41,016 nucleotides of DNA from Klebsormidium nitens (taxonomy: Eukaryota > Plantae > Klebsormidiophyceae). This document shows, in pieces, positions 11,449 through 21,500 of the stretch; positions within the stretch are counted from its first letter, which is position 1, and every line of letters begins with the position of its first letter. The stretch is taken from NCBI GenBank assembly GCA_000708835.1, contig DF237665.1:1-41016 (forward strand), written 5' to 3'. The notes beneath the pieces were generated by a model. That model was not told where the DNA came from. It made no database searches and saw only the letters and a list, made by a program, of their open reading frames with translations. The position numbers and the translations under genes are program-made.

Positions 11449-11576
11449 AAATTCGCTTCCTGGGAGATCCGTTTGAACCACCCTAGTTGGTCCCTCCGGT
11501 TCCATCCCGACAAGGTTCAGGTGAGCCAAATACTTTTTAAATAATAACAACAAACTTTGGTCGAAGGTCTTGATTC

Positions 11577-11690
11577 GTGTACATTTATAGTCATTTTTCA
11601 CTGAAAAAGTGTACACCTACAATCAATTTGCACAGAAACAGTGTACATCCACAATCATTTTTCACAAAAACAGTGTACATCCTCAAACAA
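11577..11690 (+). repeat. Four direct repeats at an exact 32-bp period (GTGTACA cores) in AT-rich intergenic DNA
   Basis: GTGTACA starts at 11577, 11609, 11641 and 11673. Unit consensus is approximately AGTGTACAtcYaCAATCAtTTTtCACaaAAAC. Confidence 0.85.
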
Positions 11691-11774
11691 TCTATTGACG
11701 TTGCACGTTGCAGGCAAGAAGCAGGAAACATCTAGAGGACTTTCAACAGTACAACAAGTATAGGCTTCCAAAGG

Positions 11775-12170
11775 TTGAACTGTCGGAGCCGATATCCGGA
11801 GGCGCTCGAAGGTCTTTACGCGACGGAACTATTTGGGCCCCTGAACCATGATCGTTACAAGCCCGGTCTGATCGCCCACAAGGCCGGAGGCATGCAATGG
11901 CAGGCGTGGGTGAACTTGGAGGCCGCACTCATAAGAGAGTACATCGTCTACTTGATGAGATTCGATGGCTACGAAGAACGGATGAAATGGTCCAAGAACA
12001 TGCTAAATGAAGCGCGGAAGAAGTGGATCAATGACCAGCTAGATCGAGAAGAAGTTTTGGAAGTCGAAAGCCTTTCAAAGATGCCAGGGTTCATGCAAAT
12101 AGGGGGCTGTAGTCTGCAAACATGCTTGTCCAGGAGTGACGAAGACGCCCAGACACTGAAGCGATTTTGA
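11775..12170 (+). CDS. Hypothetical protein
   Basis: 131-codon open frame (first ATG at 11892), helical and charged composition, co-oriented with the YR genes. No family recognised. Confidence 0.35.
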   Translation: MNCRSRYPEALEGLYATELFGPLNHDRYKPGLIAHKAGGMQWQAWVNLEAALIREYIVYLMRFDGYEERMKWSKNMLNEARKKWINDQLDREEVLEVESLSKMPGFMQIGGCSLQTCLSRSDEDAQTLKRF

Positions 12171-12454
12171 CTCCGGTCCTCAGTCGCTTTTTTCTGTCGC
12201 ACAACAAATGCTTTTTCCGCTACAGGCTCAGCTAGGAATTCTGACAACGCTAGTTGAAGTAAATAGTTATCAACCTGATAAAAACCGGTTTTTCTCGACA
12301 ATTTGCCTCTGCCGATAGCATTTCTCGAGACGAAAATTCCAACTGATTTTCCACCGTCATTATTTCTTGACACGGCTGTTTGATATAACTTTTGGAGCCC
12401 CACACTGGTTGTGTAGAATTTTATTGTCGAATCCTTTTATAGGAGGCAATAACT

Positions 12455-13282
12455 ATGGATGCATTGCGAAGGCTTTTCGATGATGGAATCCGCTCCCAGG
12501 CATCCGTGGATCAATACGTTAGAGGCATCGCTCTCGTCTACCAATTATGCCATAATCGTCCGCTTCCTAGCGAACCCGACCTAGGATTCCTTAAATCCGA
12601 CGCCGAAGCATTTACCCGAGTTGTTTATGAACTAAATGAGAATCCAGGGTCTCGTAGAACACGACTAGCCCCATTTCTTGCGGCTTGTAAGAAGCTTCCA
12701 GGTCACGCGGAGGCCTATAAAACATTCTTCCGGCCATTTCAAAAGGACAATAAGCCACTGAAAGAACTCCGTGAGAAGCAAGCCGCCGAAAACGAGGATG
12801 ATTCAATCAAGGTACATGAGATGTCGCGAGAAGATGTCGAACTTTTTGGTGCGAAGCTTGCCCGAAAGGTTAGATCTTTGGATGTAGACTCTGACCTCGA
12901 CAGGAAGGAGGTAAAGACTTTGATGATACATTTGCTTGTAGAATGGCACCTGCTCATTAAGAAGCACATCAGACGTGGGGTAAAGCTTTATCATCTGCCC
13001 ATCCTCTTGAAGAATGAGAGGGAGATGCACCATGAAACCATTGACGCGCTCATACAGGTTAGCCAAACGAAGCAAATCTTTCAACTACGTAAGCAAGGGG
13101 AGATGTATTAGCTACCTAGAATGTTCTGCAAATACCTCGCTAGAACATTGGAGCTCATCCCTCGAGAGTATTTTATAACATCAGTATCGGACCCGCTGAC
13201 ACCCATGAGCGGGAGCAACTACTCCAATTTCTGCGCGAAGATGGTTTTCAATAACAAGATGTTGAATCTTGAGCGTATATGA
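12455..13282 (+). pseudogene. Truncated tyrosine-recombinase-like paralog, copy 1 (internal TAG at 13109)
   Basis: N-terminus RSQASVDQYVRGI resembles the YR RTESTMTVYIRQL. Reading through the TAG gives LPRMFCKYLARTLELIPREYFITS..NYSNF..NKMLNLERI*, which aligns with the YR region just before LRH. Clear homolog at 38942-39747. Confidence 0.7.
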
Positions 13283-14450
13283 GCAGGACTCGCTTTTCAT
13301 CAGAATATAATTTCTATAGGTGGTTTCAAACCAGAGGAAGCTGGCGGCTGGCTATCAATGTCCACGATAGTCTTTCAAGTACCGAACAATCAGCGCAAGA
13401 CATTGCTTGTAGAAATTAAGAAGCCTACGAACAGAAAGAAGCGGGTCGTGATGGTTCGAATCCCACGATGCGAACAGAGTCGACAATGACCGTCTACATC
13501 AGGCAGCTTCGCACCGTGTTTACCATCCTCCATCCGAATACACAATTATGTGATGACGAGTCTCTCGATTGGATCAAAGAGCATCAACGGGTGATCCTAA
13601 GCGATCGAAAGTTTGACAGATACAAATGGCATTGCCCTCAAACCTCTGACGAAGGGCTGCTATGCGGCACCATTCTCAATCCTTGCTCAGAAGCAGGGCT
13701 TCAATGCGGCACAAAAAGCGTATGGTGATTACATTGAATCCACGAAACCCTGCCAGGAGGAGCTCGATCGAACGGCTCAAAAAAAGACCGAAAAGTAGAT
13801 TCAAAAGTTGGTGCCATGGAATGATGTCGTCAAGGTCAGAGATAACCTCGATAGAATCATTTCACGAACAATCGTTGAGAAGTACGAACATGGGCGCGCA
13901 CTGACACGCAATGATAAGCAATTAGTGAATGACCACCTGATTCTGAGTCTTTACACGATGCCTCTTGGACCAGTACGGAACGAGTTTGGCAGCTGCCGCA
14001 TTCTGATGCAAGAGGAAGTCTCCGATTTCGAACCTAAACCAGGTGACATGAATTCTTGTATTCTGGACTCCAGACCCCAAGCGGTGCGAATTTATCATTA
14101 GCACGCATAAGACCTTATCCAAGGTGGGGATACGAAGATTGCAGATACCTGAGTTAATCGTGAAGGTCATACTACGAAGTTGGAATCTCTGCCCAAGGAA
14201 GTTCCTGGTCATGAAATCCCGTTACTTAGGCTTTTTGGACGAACCGATTTCCAATTTTACCCCTGTGCTGAACGATCTTGGCGAGCGGCACTTCGGTAAG
14301 AAGCTTTCTTGTTCGATTTTGCGTCATATTTCTCACACCGAATGTACACCTGAATTGAGTTCTCGTGGCGAACTACGTCAGAAGTGTGATTTCATGGGAC
14401 ACTCAATTTCAACGGCACATAACCTCTATGAACGAAGGTATTCACGTTGA
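13279..14450 (+). pseudogene. Tyrosine recombinase/integrase (virophage/PLV-like), copy 1, disrupted
   Basis: Catalytic set R (GPVRNE), K (HKT), LRH (SILRHISHT), MGHS and Y (AHNLY). Frameshifts near 13600 and 14075; in-frame stops at 13417 and 13796. The start is uncertain (13279 or 13468). Confidence 0.85.
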
Positions 14451-14565
14451 CGCCTTTTTTTTTCAAGCATCATTAATACGTGATCGTAAAGTTGAGGCAA
14501 CCATATAACGATGTCGACCAGGCCACTCTTTGGAAGACTCTATATATAAATCAAAGCTGCTGCAA

Positions 14566-14883
14566 ATGGATCAAAGCATGCGCGTGTTGTACCGAAGATA
14601 ATTTCCTCGAGTGGAAGTAAATCGTTCTACATACAGTATGTTTGACAATCACAACCATTCCGACTGCTCCACTCTATGTGCAGCATGCTTGGAATCCGCG
14701 AACTACAAAGAGGACCAACAAGCACAAATGAGAAGCTACCCACAAGCATATTATAACATTAACAAGGACCGGATCCTATTGAAGAAAGCATTGGAACGAA
14801 TAGAAAGGGGTGTTTCCGTGAACAGACGCACGATGGAACGTTTACACGAAGCGCATGTTTACCCATCTGTGAATGTATCTTAG
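14566..14883 (+). pseudogene. Small basic/helical hypothetical ORF with an in-frame TAA at 14599
   Basis: ATG 14566 is in frame with the 14611-14883 ORF. YPQAYYNINKDRILLKK-type segment; TATATATAAA at 14541. Confidence 0.3.
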
Positions 14884-14934
14884 ACTTAGGCACTGCAGTT
14901 GGACTGTGCCAATTGGAGCAGGGCTTGTCTGAGC

Positions 14935-15105
14935 TTGTCCGAGCTGTCCAAGCTCTGGCGCAAAGTTCTCTAGTGCGCGATCTGCTGACGTCATCAAAGC
15001 CACTGTAGTGTACTGCGCCATTTGGGGCAGGGCTTGTTTTTGAGCTTGTCCGAACTGTCCAAGCTCTGGCGCAAGGGTTTTCTGGTGCGCGATTTGCTGA
15101 CGTCA
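14935..15105 (+). repeat. Two tandem bipartite motif units about 125 bp upstream of the second primase-helicase
   Basis: Boxes 14945-14952 and 15056-15063; TGACGTCA at 14986 and 15098; linkers 33 and 34 nt. Confidence 0.9.
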
Positions 15106-15231
15106 TCAAATCAATGTATGCCTCTTCAGAGCACTGTAGAAACATGCTCCTTATGAGGCCCATGGCCCCATGCGCGTCAGCTACCGTCCAAAATTTTCTC
15201 AGATAGAAATTAAACATCGGACGTTCAGACG

Positions 15232-18062
15232 ATGGCGCTGATGGACGTCTTTGAGAATTATGCCCAAGAAGGTATCTACGCTATCCCAGCGAAGGCATCG
15301 CTGGGCGAGGACGGGACCAAGATGGTTCACGCAACTGTGCCACACGCGAAAGGAGTCACGGCCATATGGTCAGGTTCCGATTGGAACAAGTCAAGAGCAA
15401 GAATCATCGAACATATTGAGGAGAAACAATACACCTTTCTCGCAATCAAAACTGGTGTTATGTCAGATGTATTCATCCTGGATGTGGATGTGAAGGACAA
15501 ACCCGAGGAGGACATTCTAGCTGGTATGCCTTTTTGGAAAAGCTTAATCGAGAAGCATGGGGAGCCGTACACGTTAAGGGCAACAACTATCAGTGGCGGG
15601 TTTCATCACTACTTCTCTTTCAGCGGCACGATCAGAGATGGGCTCCAATCGGGCAAATGTTTTGTGGGCGTGGACGTGGACGGGCAGCGTTATCGTATAG
15701 ACGGCCGCGGTGAGGGGGGGTTCGCTTTCGCTCCTCCAAGCTCCCTTGGTGTCGGCAAGAATACCGATGGAATGTGCCGCTCAAGAGGACGAACATCAAA
15801 CCCGCTCCCACATGGGTGATCGAGTTGGTGAATTCCTCTGCCAGACGAGCTGATCGAACGATGCACACAAGTACTCGAAATGCAGTTGAATCGATACGGT
15901 GTTCATCACTAGTTGAGGACGGCAACATGCTCCTACAACCGTGGGCCGTTGCAAACGATGGAGACTCGACCGATGATTCATTGGAAAAACGAGACGCACA
16001 AGCTTGCGAGTACAAAATTGCTGCTGCAATGATGAAGCTGCTGAAAGATGCTGGACTAGACGAGAACGTTAGCTTTTCGGGGAAGGTCTCCTCTCATGGT
16101 CCTCTTGGTTCATTTTACTCCTTCATCTGCAATGGGCCTCGAACTTGCATACACGGCCATCGCCATAATGGATCCAACAACCTCACGTTAGCCAAACGAG
16201 GTTGGGTAGTACTTTACCGTTGTTTCGGCGGGGTGGATTGCTCAGAACGGCCGCTCGTAGAACTTGGAAATCTAAGCCTCACCGAGTCATTGCTAGATGC
16301 AAATTCTACAAAGCTGCATCCTACTTTCGACCGTTCAGTGTTCCCAGATAATTGCAAGCTCTTATCTGGACAAGAATGCCAATATTATGTGGATCTCATC
16401 AAACGCAACGTGATGCAACGCTATCGGGGGATGGCGGCTGTATTTAGTGCCATATATGCCGTCGATGGGCGTATCCTTGCTGAAGGGAAGAATTTCCGAT
16501 ATTGGAATGCACGAAGGTGGTTATCAGATGGATCGTTTCACGTGCAATCCGTGTTCTCGAGCCGCATGTCGAGAATCCTGAAATGGTACGAAAATCTGCG
16601 AATGGAAGCATTCAAGCAAGAGATATATAAGGTTACAAAAGGATCCGAAAAGTGGGGTTGCATACCGGAGGGCTCGGAGGGCTCACTTCCAGACTAGGCA
16701 ACCTGCCCAAAGAGCAAAGAGGAAAAGGAAGCATGCCGTGCAGCGTGGAGGACAGTCGGGGCCACATTGCCTTTCCCTTGGAAGGGGAATTCATTATGTC
16801 AGCTGCTAGATCTGACACGTGGCTCTGAAGTGCGCGTCTGTCTTGAATATGTTCTGAATTCACTGCAAATCCAAGAGGACCTTAATGCTCTTATGGACGT
16901 TGCCAACCCGTTCATGTTCGCCTGTGAAAATGGTACGCTGGATACGACAACTGGACAGTTGCTTGCCCCCCATCCTGCACAGCTGTGTTCGCGAGCTTCG
17001 AAAGTAGCTTTTCGTGGAATGCCGAACGGCAAATCCCGCTTCGCAAAATTTTTGCTGGAATGCTTTAACGACGACAGAGAAGTTCTTAATTGGTATCAAA
17101 TGTACCTTGGATGTTGCATGACGGCCGATACCTCCGAGCAGATTTTTCTGGTAACACAAGGTGATGGTTCGAACGGAAAATCACTCATCAAGATAGCAAT
17201 ATTTCAAATCTTTGGATCTTATGCTACTGTGATGGACAAAGACGTCATCATCGAAGCGGGACCTGGCAAGCGATCTGTTGGTTCAGCTTCGTCCTACCTC
17301 ATTGCGTTGAAGGGAGCACGTCTGGCAATATCGGACGAATCAAAGGAGAAATCCGACCTTTCGGGAGGAGGCCCGATTACAGCACGAGAGCTTCAGAGTA
17401 AGCAAGAGAGCTCCGAGGTGACACATAAGGCCATTCTCATGACAAATTTCAAGTCGCAAATCGAAAATCCATCGTTCAGCTTTACACGGCGTATGGCTCT
17501 TCTACCGATGATTGTCACCTTCAAATCCGCCGATGAAGTGAACCAAAACAAAGCCCGACAAAAGCCCAAAGATTCCACCTTGGAAGCCTACGTGAAATCG
17601 GATGAGGGTAGGGAGGCCGGTCTTTCGTGGATTGCAGCCGGAGCTCAACGCTATTTCGAGCACAAACGGGCGAATCCTAACGACCAGGTCCTACAGAAAC
17701 GCCCGAAGGCAACGAAAGACGCTATGAAAGCCTACGTCAATGACAGCGATATCGGAAAGCGATTTATCGAAGAATGCCTAGAGTTTGAAGAGTTGCAGCT
17801 TGGAGCACGGCCGACGTGGCACTTGCCATTGGGGGAGAGGCTGGAAGCCGCGTGCCGGACTTGGATCAGAGAAGAAGATCTATCAAGCTCGCTCACCCCT
17901 CAATCATTGAAAAAACGAACCATCCTGTATGCTGATGGCGCCAATTATTTAGTCGAAGATGGCCGCTTTACGGATAGGACGGTCCAAGACAAAGGCCAAT
18001 TCAAAGGCCTCAGCGGCGTTCGTCTAAAGGCTGATTGTATCAGTGACACTGCATTGGGGTAG
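15232..18062 (+). pseudogene. Intronless Prim-Pol/D5-like SF3 primase-helicase, copy 2, disrupted
   Basis: ILDVDVKD, TISGGFHHYF, RIDGRGEGG..APPS; CIHGHRHNGSNN; FACENG; Walker A QGDGSNGKS; LAISDE. Frameshift near 15760 (restores KEYRWNVPL), in-frame TAG at 16695, and an apparent short in-frame deletion before GGG. Confidence 0.9.
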
Positions 18063-18147
18063 AGGGTGAGACCTCTTGTAAAGACAAGCTGTATCGTCGG
18101 TGGTTCTGCTACATGCACATCTTTTTATCTCTCTGTTTATCAACCGC

Positions 18148-18265
18148 AGTCCAAAAGTCCAAAAGACTACATTTCTAAGTATTTTCAATTTCATTTTTTT
18201 TTCTTTTATAGATATATCTGTGAATACGAAATATGTGGATTTGAGGTCTTTTGGGCTTTTGGTCT
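18148..18265. repeat. 20-bp imperfect inverted repeat around a 78-bp very AT-rich core
   Basis: AGTCCAAAAGTCCAAAAGAC (18148-18167) versus GTCTTTTGGGCTTTTGGTCT (18246-18265), 2 mismatches. Internal palindrome AGATATATCT at 18210-18219. Confidence 0.75.
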
Positions 18266-18519
18266 TGCAATGACATTGCATCTTGGATGATGGATTGCTC
18301 GACCCATAATTGAAGAAGCACTGCATGTTGCATCGGGTCTATAACGTTATCAGAACAATAACGTGATACATATAATGCCACGGCTTGTTAATAAAGTGCG
18401 TGACATTGATTGGCAAATCTTCGGTCGGTTTCCCTCCACTGTATGCTACTTGCAATTCTATCTGGGTCAAAAAGTCCAATGCTGGGCACTTGCTACCTAA
18501 TCGGGGTCACTTACATACC

Positions 18520-21500
18520 TCAATAATTCAATAGATTAGTTCGCACAGCTGCTTGCCACGTGTCTGCTCTTCCGGCTATCAGTAACTTAGGGTCATCAAC
18601 CCGCCTCAGCTTTGAGTTTCGTCCGCTGATAATGTTTGCTAGGATGATCATAAACGAGGCTAATCCCGAAAACCAAGCCAGAACCTTGAAGTCGACGAAG
18701 AACGAGTTGCATGACTCCACCGCAGACGTGTTGACCCACTGGACAGCATCGTAGTAATCTGTTGGAAGGCATTTACAGCAAGCTTCAGCGAGGGAAATAG
18801 AGGGCTGAGCCATCACTTGAGCCCTTTGATAAATGCATCCAATCAGGCAATCTGGACACATTACGACTTGCGGATTTTAGCTTCTACATTGCCGAAGTTT
18901 GCTATACTCACCTGGATTGAAGGAAGGCCCGCACTTGTGAGCCTTTGCATTAGTCCGTTGGAAGTGGAACCTGTGGGGAAACAACGGATCATTCAGGTTG
19001 AGCAGCTGCCAGCCAAGATACATGCCCCTCGAATCATCAGCTATTCTCGAAAATCAGTGCTAGACCTCCTGTCTATGGACTCCCTCCGGCTTGCTTTCCA
19101 CGGGTCAGGTCATGTTTCAGCTCAAGCATCATGTGCCTACCTTCTGCAGACGTTTCTACAAACTTTAAGGCCTTCTTGTCCCGAAGTTGATTGCCATCAA
19201 TTGCATGACAGAAGGGCAAATGAAGGCTTTTGACGCTTACCGGTCTACGAGAAACCGGACGTCCGCAAAATGGCCCGGCTCGCGCCTCATGCAGTAAGCT
19301 TGGAGTTTACACGTGTTGTCATAGATCAGGAAGTCAGGGAGATTCTGTTGGTGGAGGCGCGTGTATAGCACCGCAAAGGGATCCCTCGGTGACTCCTCCC
19401 GGACCATCACATGCCAGCCATAGATAACCCGGTGCGGACAACGAAATACGAAACCGCCCTTTGTGTGCTGCAGCCGTTTGATGGGCTTTGCGCTGCTCTT
19501 GGCAGCAATGGCATCGTCGAATTCTCCAACCGTGAGACCACTTCGGCATCGGTACTCTTCCTGCTGGTCGACGGACCTGCCGAGCTCGTCCTCGAACGGC
19601 TTGTACTGCGGGAGCGCCCGCTTCTGCTCCCAGCCTGGCAGAGGATAGCAGCCGAGCTCACGTTGCTCTTTGCAATAAGGATGATCGAGGGGAAGATCGG
19701 GGGGTTGACAGCCGTCTGCCTCGAGTCCCAACCTGTCGCGCAGGAGGTGGAGCTCCGCCGGGGAGAGAGAGTACTGCTGCGGGGCTGGTGGGGTTAAGTT
19801 CTCGACTCTCGGTAGTAGATCGTTGGCCCGGGCTTCCCAGAATCGGAACACTTCAAACTGCTGAGCGGTCGGAGGGTTTGCCTGTGTGCGGAACTCGCGC
19901 GCCATCCGTATGCAATAATCGAGGCCTTCCACAGCCGACAACGCCCACCCCGCTCGCCCCACCCCGAGACCCATCGCTCCGCGCCCAAACAAGGTCAGCC
20001 GATACAGATGGTGGAGGGCGGGCAAGAAGAAGACTGGAAAGGCGTCGCCATAGTGATCCAGCAGACGCCGCAGGATGGGGGAGTGCTCGGCCAAGGCGGC
20101 CTTGTCCTGCCCGTTTGCTGCACCCCCGAGAAGGAGTTTTCGAACGACGGCCAGCGCTCGTCCGTGCTGTATGAGGTTGCTGTCATCTGAGTCGCCCAGA
20201 GGGGCGCCCAGTCCGTAGAGGAGTTCTGCCCACTTTCCGGGGCAGCGGGGGGGCCAGCGTGGGTCTTCACGCATCGCTTCTTCCTCGATTCCCACGAGGA
20301 GCTCGAGCGTGGCTTGGTTCTTCGACCGGATCTGACCAATCTGATCCAGCAAGACTCGTCGCCTCCAGTGCAGAAGGACGGGGTCCCCCTCGCCATCATC
20401 CGGGTCTGGAACGAACTCGCCTACAGCTTCAACGTCAGCCCTCTCGAGCGCAACCTGGACAAGTACAGATTTCAAGGTCAGCGCCAAAGTCGAAATTGAA
20501 TGCCACTCGTAATCTATGCTGCATCTTGCCAAGTTGTCTGAAGTTCGGCTTGGGCGGCTTCTCCTGCAAGCTCGATCGAAAAGACACGACTTCCTCTTGT
20601 GGAAAACCAGGATGCTGCGCTGGCCATCTGAGTACTCACGACTTACCAGGAGCTCCACGTACTCGGGTCGAGATAGATCCTTCCCAAGGTCAGGGTCTTT
20701 CGAATGATGCCCGCTGAAACGTGCAAGCAGCGCCCGCAATTCTGGTTGAATCACTAATCTTCGCTTCATCCCTCGCCCCGCCAAAGATGCAGCGCAATAG
20801 TTGACGCCCGGTTCCATGGTCTTTTCGACGTTGACGCCAGCGGAGTCTCGACTTGGCGCTGTGAACGGGCGCACACCTGCTGCGTTGGTTCCCCCCAATC
20901 CACCCTTCTGTCGACCCCCGTCCGCGCATGAGAGTCCCGCGATGCCATCGCACAGGAGCACCTATAAGTGATCCAAGAAGGTTGATCAGATGTATTTATC
21001 TACTATCATGTTCGATCCATCATGCAAGCATTCAATCGGCAGCAATGATTATACCTTCAAGCTACGGCCTCAAAAAGGGCATGCGACCACGTTTTTGTAC
21101 TTTCGAATACATGTCAAAGCTTCGCTAGCAATGCACAACTCCTGCATCCAACTTCAGCGATTGGCATGCAAGCAAAGGCTGTCCACATGAAGCAAGGACA
21201 CCAAGCTTTGACAAAGTTCTGCCAAAAGCTTATATGGTGACGTCATGACTTTGGTGCTGGCCACGAAAACGTAGTATCCAACTTCAGACCCTTTTACAAA
21301 GCGTCAGGCTGACCCACCTTGGGATGCGGCCCGCAAAGGCTACATCACTCAAGGATCGACCAACCGCAGAGCCTTAAGAAGCCCAGGCTTGCCTGACGCC
21401 AGGTCTCCTCTGACAGGAGCACGGCACTAGGCCTGAAAAGCCGCCGGACATCTGCACTTGCCGTGATGAGCCCGACGAAAGATGAGCCCGTTTCTTGAAT

